This document shows, in pieces, positions 1 through 11,418 of a stretch of 64,000 bases of DNA. The stretch lies in NCBI RefSeq assembly GCF_009914755.1, contig NC_060934.1; one strand, 5' to 3'. This DNA comes from the human T2T-CHM13v2.0 reference genome, Homo sapiens. The notes beneath the pieces were generated by a model that saw only the letters and a program-made list of their open reading frames with translations, did no database searches and was not told the origin of the DNA. Positions within the stretch are counted from its first letter, which is position 1. The number at the start of each line of letters is the position of its first letter. The position numbers and the translations under genes are program-made.

Positions 1-520
1 GACAGTGAACCACAGAACACCTGACCATGACTATGGCATACGTATTTGGGATTCTCTTTTGAACAGAGAGAAAAAGGACAAAGAAATGAAAATGATGAAA
101 GAAAAGAGCATGATCAATGAGCACAGATAACAGTCTAAACATACAAAAATTAACTGGTGGTCTAGAAGGGATCTCTTGTCCCTCCAAAGAACAGAAGTTA
201 TCAAACGTTACCCTCTCTAACTAAAAGAGCAGCAATGATGTGGGCTTGCTGATTTAGAAAGTTCACAGTGTTTCATGTAAAAGCCATCGGTGAGAGGCAT
301 ATTTATATATCCTCCAGCAAGTGATGAAAAATTGCAAGGAGAAGGAAGAAAGCACATCCTGCCTTTCTCTGGATAAAACAGAGTTTATCTACATAAAAGA
401 GCAATGACAGATGGCCTCCAAGTCATCCTTTAGAACATGCAGTGCCAGACTGGGAGCAGAATCTTAACAAGTCAGAGGGAAAAAAAGTTATATCTTACAA
501 ATAGGACCAGCCAAGTGATA
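1..520 (+). mobile_element. Old L1M/HAL1-type LINE fragment (ORF1-like region)
   Basis: A-rich plus strand with degenerate similarity to the ORF1 region of ancient L1. No open frame. Boundaries approximate. Confidence 0.45.
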
Positions 521-1020
521 TGTTGTTGGTGAAGCAATTATATTTTTTTCAGCTGGATTGAATTTAATTAATACTTTTTCCATTGAAAGTCACAATGTGA
601 CCATAAGGATAAAAAGAACTCACATTAAGAAGAAAAGAGAGTAACAGACATACAATGACAAAATAGAGTAGAGTTGACTAAAAGCACGACAAGCAAAAAT
701 ATTTACAGATCACTCTTCTTCAGCCTTTTCTAAAGCAACAAATCTAAACAGTGCTATGCCTTATGCTGCTTTTTTTGTTGTTGGTGAAGCAATTCTGAGG
801 GCCATTCATTATTCTATCAACTTATTTATTAACAAAACATAGAAACTGATGAACTAATCCCTTCACTTAGAAACAAGAGGAAATCAGAACAAATACCTAG
901 TATACTAAATAAGATACCAATAAATTAAAACAGAAAAATCAATAAAATAAGTCCAAATCTAGTTTGTTGTCAAGATCTTTTTAATTTTAATCCACCCAAA
1001 ATTTAAATAAAAATTATATG

Positions 1021-1329
<309 letters not shown>

Positions 1330-1379
1330 CTAGATCAATTTGGCCACTTTCATTTGATAATAAACCCATGTATCAAATG

Positions 1380-2410
1380 TTACACTTAATTTTAAGATAA
1401 TATTTGAATAGCAGTGAGGCTGGAGAAACTTTCCCAAGTAAAACCCAAAAGGAACACAGGAAAAGGGAGTTAGCTCACCTTTAAATATTTTAAATAACTG
1501 TGTGCCATATGATGCCACAATGTAGAAAGACAAATGATAACCTTCTTGACTACCCACATAATAGACAAATATCTGTATCCCTAAATCACTAAGAACTTCT
1601 GCAAATGTATAGGTAGAAGAGTAAAGAGTAAGTAAAAAAAAAAAAAAAAAAAACAACAAATGGACAGATATCTAGACTGACAATTCAAAGAAAAGAAAAT
1701 TCAAATAATTATCAATAAATATGTGGTCAAGGACATGTAAATTGAAGCAGTGAGGAGATCTCATTCATTTTACACACTAGCACAAATTATGAATATCGGT
1801 AACATTCAGTGTTAGCAAGAACATTAGGAAAAGGACATTCTCAGGCAGTGCAGTTAGGAAAATGAATCATTACAAACTTTAAATGAAATAAACTAGCATT
1901 ATCTATAAAAGGTTAAAGTCATGTTTTCTCTTAACCAGCCATGTTTTCTTCTGGATATTTACCCTATACAATAAAAATTTCAGCATGCATATTTATCTGT
2001 ATAATTGTAAAACATTATTTGAAAACAAAAATACTGGAATCAACCATCAGTAGAGCTTAAATTAAATATCCTATAATAAAACATTATGGAATATTAAGCA
2101 GCTGTTTTATATTATTTATCAGCCCAGGGAGATATTCACTATGTACCATTACTTAAAAAATATCAAGTTGCATTGTGATCCCATTTTTATAAGACAAAAC
2201 AAGATCAATATCAAAATGTGTATATTCTGGATATATGAATGGATGAATGAGTAGATAGATAGACAGACCAATATGCAAATCAAAGTGTTAAATAACACTG
2301 ATTATCTGATTACCTAAAAGGAAGAATGGGAGAATGGAGAGGGAGTAGGGAAAAATAAACTCTTTATTCAGATAATTTTAGATTGTTTTATTTGTTCTAA
2401 TTTAATAACA
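1380..2410 (+). mobile_element. Old L1 (L1ME-like) ORF2 3' end and 3' UTR fragment
   Basis: Degenerate L1 motifs (AAATGGACAGATATCTAGACTGACAATTC, AAAATACTGGAATCAACCATCAGTAG) and plus-strand A-richness. Confidence 0.6.
2153..2332 (+). repeat. Local dispersed duplication, copy 1 (about 180 bp; copy 2 at 3538-3712)
   Basis: Aligns directly with 3538-3712 at roughly 85-90% identity by eye, e.g. TGCATTGTGATCCCATTTTT and ACACTGATTATCTGATTACCTAA. Confidence 0.92.
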
Positions 2411-2479
2411 AAAATTGAAAATATGAAGCACCAGTAAAATAAAGAAAAGGCAATGCATGACTTCTGGAAGGAGAAAGGA

Positions 2480-3535
2480 GACAATTACAAATAAGGCTAT
2501 GTAAGGAACAGTAAGAGACCATTCGGTGTAGACACCTATGATAATATCTTTGAAAATCTAAATGAGATGAAAAATGAACACATTTTAGAGATGACCAAAT
2601 AAAAGTTATTCCAGGAAGGTAAGGATGGTTTAATTCCAGAAAATCTGGTAATATAATCAATTATATTAATAGCTCAAAAGAGAAAAATAATGTATTTATT
2701 TCAAGAAATGGTCTTAAAATGCACTGCATATGCAAACATAAAAGGATATAAATTTCTTTGGGATTTTATCATTAAGTGCATTAGTGTGTGTAATAAACAT
2801 GTACATAATAAAATTATTGGTGTATATAATAAACATGTACACTCATGCACTTAATGATAAAATCCCAAAGAAATTTCCAACAAACTCAGAAACACTGATG
2901 TCTTTCAATTCAATTAGTACAGAAAAAGATAGGAATATATATTGGAAAATATGAGACAAAAGAATCATTATTCATGGATTGTCTGTCATAGGAGAGAAAG
3001 TAATGAACTGAAGAACTATTACAACTAACTATATAGGTCAGAGATCATGAGATAAAAAATAAGTTTAAAAAATTTGTATTTTTTCCTATATAAGAACAAT
3101 AAAAAGATAGAAAATATAATAAAAATTGCATTCACAATAGAAAGAAAAAAGTTAGAATAACAAAAAATGATTTTAACAAAAATATTCACATTTAACTGCA
3201 AAATCTATTGAGAGCCAAAGAGGGATATTTAAACAAGATCAAGAGTCATATTATGTCCATTAATAGGAAACAATAACAGCAGAAATACAATATGTCAAAT
3301 CTTCCCAATCTAATTTATACATTTAATTCCATTTGTACCCCAAAAGGGATATTTTTTTCTCATAAAAATGGTTCTAAAATTAACCTTGGAAATAAGTGAA
3401 GAAGAACAATCAGAAAATGTCTGAAATGAAATGAGAGGGACTTGTGTTTCTAGATGGGGAAATGAACGATAAAGCCACCATAGCTGAGACAGCGAGGCAC
3501 TGGCAAAAGAGTCACTTCATCTATGGGCAAGTGAC
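2480..3535 (+). mobile_element. Old L1 ORF2 (RT region) fragment
   Basis: TTTATTCCAGGAAG/GGATGGTTTAAT-like and CATTCACAATAG-like L1 ORF2 landmarks, highly decayed. Confidence 0.6.
2750..2876. repeat. Perfect 32-bp inverted repeat with an internal 15-bp direct repeat
   Basis: 2750-2781 AAATTTCTTTGGGATTTTATCATTAAGTGCAT is the exact reverse complement of 2845-2876. TAATAAACATGTACA occurs at 2791-2805 and 2827-2841. Confidence 0.97.
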
Positions 3536-3537
3536 TT

Positions 3538-3712
3538 TTAAAAAATATCAAATGCATTGTGATCCCATTTTTGTAAGACAAAACAAGATCAGTATCAAAA
3601 TGTCTATATTCTGGATATGTGAATGGATGAATGACTAGATGGATAGATAGAGATGCAAACAAAACTGTTAACTGACACTGATTATCTGATTACCTAAGAG
3701 GAAGAAGGGGAG
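3538..3712 (+). repeat. Local dispersed duplication, copy 2 (of 2153-2332)
   Basis: Direct alignment with 2153-2332. Confidence 0.92.
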
Positions 3713-3784
3713 GATTAAAAGAAGAATGGGAGAGACTAAAAATCTTAGTGGGAGTGTGTATAAGAATTTAGCATGTTGTTGATT

Positions 3785-3997
3785 GAGAATACAGGGACAC
3801 AGGGAGGGGAACATCACACACCAGGGTGTGTCGGAGTGTGGGGAGCTAGGGGAGGGATAGCATTAGGAGAAATACATAATGTAGATGACGGGTTCATGGG
3901 TGCAGCAAACCACCATGGCACATGTTTGTACCTATGTAACAAACCTGCACGTTCTGCACATGTATCCCAGAACTTAAAGTATAATAAAATAAATAAA
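3785..3997 (+). mobile_element. 5'-truncated primate L1PA 3' UTR (about L1PA7-like)
   Basis: GGGGAGGGATAGCATTAGGAGAAATA...GGGTGCAGCAAACCACCATGGCAC...AACAAACCTGCACGTTCTGCACATGTATCCCAGAACTTAAAGTATAATAAAA. Confidence 0.92.
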
Positions 3998-4019
3998 TTG
4001 CTACATTTCAAAAAAATTT

Positions 4020-5190
4020 AGTATATTAAAGGTCATATTTCAAAGCAAAGGTTAAAGTCTAACCCAATAAATAGCTCAAGTTCAAGTGGCTAATTAGAAA
4101 AAATTAAGTCAAATTCCCCTTCTCAGAAAACATTAGAATTAATTCGTAATGGATTCTTTTAAAGGTAAAATACAAAAACACACACACACACACACACAAA
4201 AGAAGAAGAAAATATAGAAATATAGATAAATATTTGAACTTGGGAGAAGATAGAGGTAGGAACACAGAAGCAAAAGGAAAAGATAGAGACAGCGATCACT
4301 TTAAACACATGCACATGTTATACAAGAGATAAAGTAAATAATAAGAGCAAACACAAAGTATGTAAGAATATATCATTAATCTATAAAAGACTCTTAAAAA
4401 ATTAATACGAGAAAAATAAATACCTACATTGATAAAGAGTCCAAGGCCAGAAACAAATGATTCACAAGAGAAGAAAGCCAAATAGCCAACAACATGTGAT
4501 AATACAAATTCTACCTCGTAGTAATCAAAGAAATGCAAATTAAAATAACAACAAAGCATCGTTTCTATGACATCAAGTCTACAAAACTTAACGAACACAA
4601 AATGCCCAGTGTGGGTGAGGAACTGGGGAAATGGGCACTTTCGTGCACTGCTGATAGGAGCATTATTTTATACGTAATCTTTCAGAAATGCAATTTTCTA
4701 CAATGTTTCAAATTGGGCACAACCTTTAAACAGGGAATTCCACTTCTAAGAACTCTTCCTAAGGGAACAGGCAAAAGCAATTGCAAATAATTATGCACCT
4801 TCACGTTCATCACAATGATATTTGTAATGGCGACAATTTTTACATGACCTAAATGTCCAATTGGGGCTAGTTAAATGAATTTTGTTACTTCGCTCTGATA
4901 GACTAGAATCTATTCTGCCTTTCAGATTCATGTTGAGAATATCCATTTACATGGTTAAATAGTCCAAATCTACTGTCAAGTACCAAAGGCAGCTTACAAA
5001 ACAGAACAAATAATATCATTTCAATATAGTAAAGCAATGACTACAGCCTGCGCTAAAAAGAGGCTGGGGGGATATGCCCAAACCATTCAGAATAGATTTC
5101 TGAGTGGCGTTGTTATCTTCTCTTTGACTTTCAAAAGTTTTACAATAAACATGGTTTACTTTTATACATAGGGAAAAGAAACATGACATT
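4020..5190 (+). mobile_element. Old L1ME-like 3' portion
   Basis: GTAATCAAAGAAATGCAAATTAAAA and GGAATTCCACTTCTAAGAA L1 ORF2 C-terminal landmarks. (CA)n at 4179-4197. Confidence 0.65.
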
Positions 5191-5439
5191 TTATTTTTGT
5201 GGCAACTTATTATCATCAAGTTTCCAAATATTCTTAACCTCAACAAAATTCTGGGAATTGTAAGCCAACTGGAAGCTTTTCAGAAAACCACAGTTTGTGT
5301 GGCCTGTGTGCCTGTCAGGTCAATGCTCAGCATCGCCCTGGTTGCTGAAGCCCATTTGCAGGGGAATTCATCACCGCCATCTTGGGTTTCCTGCCAAGTG
5401 AAGACCCAAAGCTCCCATTGAGCGAGTGTTCACTCTGGG

Positions 5440-5575
5440 CTGGATGCTGGGAGGAACGTCCTAGGATGGTTTCCATGTTTAAAGTGAGGGAACTGAAGCA
5501 GAGAGAGATGAAGAAATTTGCTCCACATCACACAGCTTGCAGGTGGAGGAGCTGGGATCCCAGCTCACACCCGTG
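5440..5575 (-). mobile_element. MIR fragment
   Basis: GTGAGGGAACTGAAGCAGAGAGAGATGAAGAAATTTGCTCCACATCACACAGC resembles the reverse MIR core. Confidence 0.7.
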
Positions 5576-5614
5576 AGCTGCTTTCCTTCCCCCAACACAC
5601 TGTCATCTTGACTC

Positions 5615-5943
5615 AATGTGCACATCCCTGCGGAGAAGAGTTATCCTTTTAAGTTAGGTGTGGTCACATAACTTGCTTTGACCAGTGAGATGTTGGCAGA
5701 AGTGACATGTTACTCCCAAGGAAAGCTTTAAGAATGAATCTGTGCCTCACCCCGCGCCCTCTTTTCCCCTGTGCCACGAGAGCTGACGATGTTCCAGAGA
5801 GGAGCTGCTTTGTCAGCTTAGGTCCTGGCCAACCTCAGATGGGCTTTTAGCATAAGCAAAAAATATACCTTAGTTGCTTTTCAACTCTGAGATTTGGGGG
5901 CTGTTTGTTCTTGCAGCACAACCTAGCTTATCTTAACTGTGAC
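5615..5943 (+). mobile_element. MaLR solo LTR (MLT1I/J-like)
   Basis: GGTCACATAACTTGCTTTGACCAGTGAGATG...CTGAGATTTGGGGGCTGTTTGTTCTTGCAGCACAACCTAGCTTATC, a typical MLT1 3' end. Confidence 0.75.
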
Positions 5944-6149
5944 ATTGCCATTGAACAATAAACTTAACTGAATTTCCAACAGTAAAAGAGGGGAGGAGAA
6001 TAGCATGTACTTACGTGATTCTCCTCTTTTCTGAGAAAAGAAAATGCACAAGTCTCTTAGGAGCTGGTACTAAATTTCAGAATAATTGTTTTGCCTGGAT
6101 CTTTAGACCAGAGACAGTAAGAAACATAATAAATTATTCACATAAACGA

Positions 6150-6272
6150 GACTCTTTCTGTTCTTCAATATTCTAATCAAAAAGTAAAAATGATATTGCC
6201 TGCCTTGCAGAACTGGGGTGAAGACCAGAGATGATGTGAGTAAATTTCCTAGCACTATGGCTGGGCTTAGCT
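6150..6272 (+). mobile_element. MIR 3' fragment
   Basis: TGCCTTGCAGAACTGGGGTGAAGACCAGAGATGATGTGAGTAAA...TAGCAC resembles the MIR tail. Confidence 0.5.
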
Positions 6273-9200
6273 GACCCTTGATTACGTGTCCTGGGTTCTA
6301 TCTGGTGACAAAGGAAACCGTCATGTTGGATGGGGAGGGCGGCTGCACATAAATTATCAATTATACAATGACAGAAGTTTGCAAAAGCTTATTGTTTATA
6401 AAAATAAGAGCAGATGAAAAGTTGTCACTAATATTACTCTCACTCACAATCTGATATGTAATCTTGACCTAAAGGGGTATTGTTACAACTCTAAAGTTAT
6501 GAACAACAAAGACGTGACGTCATCAGCCAGGTGCATCCCCTTCAGAAGGAAGTGCCAAGGACCAGAGCTTTTAAGAGATGGTTGAGCCCGCTCTACTAGT
6601 GACCTGAGTTTCCTATAAATCTCCCACATTTACCTAATCCAGAACTGGAATTTACTGATTTGCTTGGAAGAAGTTGGTTTGTTCGTTTCCCAGAGTTTTG
6701 AAATGAAGACTGCACAAGTCCTGGCAGATGGCAGAAAAGTCAAAAGAGTCTCCATCAGGTCATTTTTATATAATAGAATTTCAGCGGGAAAATCAAATTA
6801 AAACATTCATCCAATTAGTAAAATATATAGGTAGAAATTATGCATCATTTTTGGATTTTTTTCTGACTTCTGTGATCCTTTTGGAATTTAATTCATCCTC
6901 TTTGCCAATGTCAAATCTAACAACTGAGACACCAGTGTCGAAGTTAATAATATTTCAACTTGAGAATTTGGGAGAATTGTGAAATTCATAAAAGAGATAT
7001 TTGAAACTCTTTATAATTATGACAAGTATATCTAGATTTACCAGAACTGCCTATATTTTGGGAAGAGAAAATGTAATCTTTAACAGATAAATTAATTATC
7101 CCAACAGCCAGAGCATTGGCCAGGAAGTGAGAAAGTTTATCCCAGAGTCTTAGGTTACTGAAATGTAACCACAGCCTTCTCCCCTTCCCCAGGCCTGCAA
7201 GAGGAACTCAGCAACCAGAGAAGTCTTGGGCTGAATTTTATTATGAGACAGTATTGTTCTTCTTGAATATGAATGTGCCCCTGACTGAGGTAACAGTTGG
7301 GTTTTAAGTGGTCTAAAAACATAGAAAAAAAACCACGTTTTAAAAAATTATTGGCACAACATAGATTATCTCTTTAAGGTAAGGCTACCTGCTTGTGGGC
7401 TGAATGGACTCTTCCAGTGTCAAAGGCAGGGTGGTCCCATGGCAAAAGGAAAGGGCAGACCTCAAACCCTCCACCAAACCTGGGTATCATTCCAAGTGCT
7501 GGCCCAGAAAGCTCCTCAAGACAAACGGCCTGCCTCTGTGGTCAGTGTTCTATTGGCTTCATGAATGAATTAAAGAAATAAGGAAGGGAAGATGTAACAC
7601 GTGTCTCCCTATAGAAAGTGATTAATAAGAATCTTTGTTAGACTTGCTTTTGATAACATTTTTCCCTATCTTCGACATTTTATCAGATCCACTTTAAGAA
7701 TTAAAATCATTTTGTGTTGGCTACTGTGGGGTTTTATTTTCATTTTCAGTTTTTGCCTCTTTTGTGTGAAATTCTGCAGAGAATGAGATATTGTGCTGTA
7801 AGATCACAAATTACTGAAATCTAAGGTGGTGTGCTTTTGAACTTTCCTGTGTTATTTATCTAAATGTATGGAGAAATCTGTGTTAAAATTTAAAATGCAA
7901 TCTATCAATTCATCTTTTTGTTTATTCAGAATGTTTTATTGCACACCTGTTGTGAGACCCACTGTACTTGTCTTCAGAAATACCAGAAGAAACTACGTGG
8001 AGGTGTTTTTTAGAGCTTTCTTATCTCGCAGTTCCAAATTTCTCATTAGTTCTTCCATTTGAAAAGTTCTAAGCGCCTCCTCACACTGTGTCCCCTTCTT
8101 TTCTTTTCCATTTTGCTTTTGTCCCCAACATCTCAGCTGACCCCAGAGACGTCGATGATTAATATTCCTAATTAATATCTGTTAGCCAAGAATTGTCACC
8201 TCCTTAAACCATCATCTATAAAGTACATTTATTGGGCTACTTTGTTTTTACTTTCATTTAGGTGCACGGATGCAAATTAAAGACATTAACTAATCAGGCC
8301 TGAGAATAATTTATAAAGAAAAAGAAAGGGGTATGTCTTTTCCAACATAAAATATATGGAATTGCTACCAAAATGATCCAACTGAGCCCTACTGGTTTAT
8401 TCAATAAGGGTCCTCTCAAATTCCATCTGTGAACATTTGGTCAGTCCTTTTATGGAGAAAAGACATTTCTCCGGGTTCATATTAATTTTTGTGCACGTCT
8501 GTGCACTCACCTAATCCCTACCCGCATACCACTTCAATTAAAATTAACGGAAGTCAAATCCTTGAATGGTTTTAATTGCAATATGTAGATTATAAATGGT
8601 GCCCATCTTCAACCACACAAAAATTATTTTTTCCTTGGCCTTTCTCTCAGGAATAATATTTAACTATAGAGCTCGTTATTATGGATGAATTTTCATTTAT
8701 TGTGTTACTGCTTCGCATGATACTGGGAGACCTCACCAATGAGCTAAAGGCCAATCAAAATTAATGCAAAAGTACAATTAAGGAATATTTTAAAGAAATG
8801 CCTTTTCATTCTATTCAAGGGCATACGGTGATATGCATTGCCAGAAAGAGGATAATGTTGGGCCTGCTTTAATGAGGCAAGCGTAATTATGTGTCAGCTC
8901 TATAAATGATGCGGTAAATGGTTTTTTCTCTTAAGTATGTTAAATATTGCCCTTACATCTGGTTTACAATATTCGCAGAATACTCCTCTCATAGACCCCT
9001 CAAAGATACACTTGAAACCAGCCTGTTTCCAAATTATCTGTCCTTTAAGCCAGCGGAGTATGACTGAATACTCAGTTTCATTTCCACACACATCCTGTAT
9101 ACACATTGCCATTTGCTAAACATTTTCAGCCTCACACCGGTCGACTAGTGATTCTTGTCTATGTACTCAAATTAAAACAGTAGGCAAAACCATCCTTAAG

Positions 9201-10352
9201 AATTCAGCTTTTGTTTGTTTTAGCAAAAGCAAAAATTTCTTTCATGTCCACACTCCCTTAAAAGCAACAAGTAATGTACCCTTTGTCAATTAAAGAGCAG
9301 AATTGCAACTACACGCAATCAGTTTTTATCTTAGGGAAACAATTACACTGCCTCATATAATAAGCTACGATAAATAGAATTTGTCACCAAAACAGAAAAT
9401 ATCATTAAGAAAGGAAAAAGTCAAAGATGACACCAAGAAATGTCAGCTAGGTTAATCACACTTAATTTGAAAAGATGACTATAACTTTAAGAACGCAGCT
9501 TAGCTGGAGTTGGAGCTTAGGTTTTTATTTTGCTACTTTATAGCCTGCTTCACAACTACTTGGACAAATACAAAACAAGAATTACAGTGCCCCATAAGTT
9601 ATTTTAATATCCTGTAGTGGTGCATACTTCCAATGAAATCCCAAGACTATGATTACGGTTCTGTGTTTGTGTGAAAATGTCAAGTTGTTTCGAGTGACTA
9701 CATACTCTAAATTATATATAACTGTTACTTTATAGCTAATAGGCACTAAAATTACTTTAAAACAGAAATGTAAAGTTATATTTTCATCCTTTTTGACAGA
9801 TAATACAGCTTATTTATGAGATACAATTTTTCAAGCATTAAAACATCTCATGTTTACAAAAACATTAAAAATATTATTACTTGATATTTAAAGGAATGAA
9901 AAAAGCAAAACCATTAGGAAAATATTTGTCCAGCTCAGTGACTCCTCCATTTTGTCACACCGTTACAACTTCACTTATGAAAGTTACTAAACACTTTTAA
10001 AATTAAAAATATTTGTAAGTTCAAATAGAGGCCAGTGATTTAAGATCTGTCTTGTTTCATAATCTGTTGGCAGGAACAAAATCCTTCCATATATATTTTA
10101 GGTGCAATGATGACATCTGATAGATTGTGTCTATTTATTTTAATCTGTATCTCCAGAAGTCATGTTAGTTAATTATTCAACCACTGAATCAGTGGGTGGA
10201 GTTAAATTATATTTGTTATTGCTCAGAAATAGAGTTTTGCATTTCTTCTCCAGTGGGACTAGATTGCTTGATAATCCTGTAAATTTCTTCAGTCCATCCC
10301 TCTATCCATAACACCCTGCCAGAAGTGCCGAGGAGACCTGGAGTGAGAGAAT

Positions 10353-11418
10353 TAGTGGGTGAGTGAGTGAATTAGTGGGTAGGTGAATGAGTCAGTGAAT
10401 GAGTGAGTGGGTGAATGAGTGGATAAGTGAGTGAATGAGTGAATGGTGAGTGGGTGAGTGAGTGGGTGACTGGGTGGGTGGGTGAGTGGGTGAATGAGTA
10501 AATAAGTGGATAAATGAGTGAGTGGGTGAGTGAATGAGTGCGTGAATAAGTGGGTGAGTAGATTAGTGGCCGGGTGAATGAGTGGGTGGGTAGGCGAGTG
10601 AGTGAGTAAATAAGTGGGTGAGTGGGTGACGATGAGCAAGTGGATGAGTGAATGAGTGGGTGAATAAGTGGGTGAGTGAGTAGGTGAGTGAATGAGTGAA
10701 TGAGTGGGCGGGTGAATGAGTGACTGAATAAGTGAATGAGTGAGTGGTGAGTGAGTGGGTGAGTTAATTGGGTGGGTGGGTGGGTGAGTGAATGACTGGC
10801 TGGGTGGGTGAGTGTGTGGGTGGGTAAGTGATTGGGTAAATGAGTGACGGGTGGGTGAGTGGATGACTGGCTGGGTGGGTGAGTGTGTGGGTGGGTAAGT
10901 GATTGGGTAAATGAGTGACGGGTGGGTGAGTGGGTGAGTGGGTGATGGAGTGGGTGAGTGGGTGAGGGAGTGAGATAATGGGTGGATGGTTGGGTGAATG
11001 AGTGGGTGGGTGGATGACTAGATGAGTAAGTGGGCAGGTGAGTGGGCAACTTAATGGCTGAGTAGGTGGGTGGGTGACTGGGTAAGTGGGTAGGTGAGTG
11101 GGTGAGTTAACGGGTGGATGGGTGGGTGAGTAGGTGGGTTAATGCGTGGGTGGGTGGGTGACTTAATGTGTGGGTGACTGGGTAAGTGGGTAGGTGAGTG
11201 GGTGAGTTGATGGGTGGGTAGGTGAGTGAGTTAATGGGTGGGTGGGTGAGTTGGTGAGTTAATGGCTGTGTAGGTGAGCGAGTAGGTGAGTTAATGGCTA
11301 GGTAGGTGGGTGACTGGGTAATTGGGCAGGTGATTTAATGGGTGAGTGGTGAGTGGGTGAGTTAATGGGTGGATGGGTGGGTGTGTGGGTGAACGAGTGG
11401 TTGGGTGGGTGGATGAGT
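10353..11418. repeat. About 1.07-kb degenerate (GGGT/GAGT/GAAT)n tetranucleotide array
   Basis: Directly visible. Includes a perfect 71-bp tandem duplication (10792-10862 and 10863-10933) and a 38-bp block repeated at 11071 and 11171. Confidence 0.97.

Noticed and set aside
7993-8178. Minus-strand open frame ending ...EELMRNLELRDKKALKNTST*
   Set aside because: Protein-like by eye, but only about 61 codons with a weak acceptor and no recognisable homology.
8957-9037. 81-nt in-frame minus-strand exon candidate with donor GAT|GTAAGG
   Set aside because: The acceptor lacks a pyrimidine tract (GGCTTAAAGGACAG), so support is too weak.
10352-11049. His/Thr/Pro/Ser-rich ORFs (225 and 95 aa)
   Set aside because: Translations of the tetranucleotide array.
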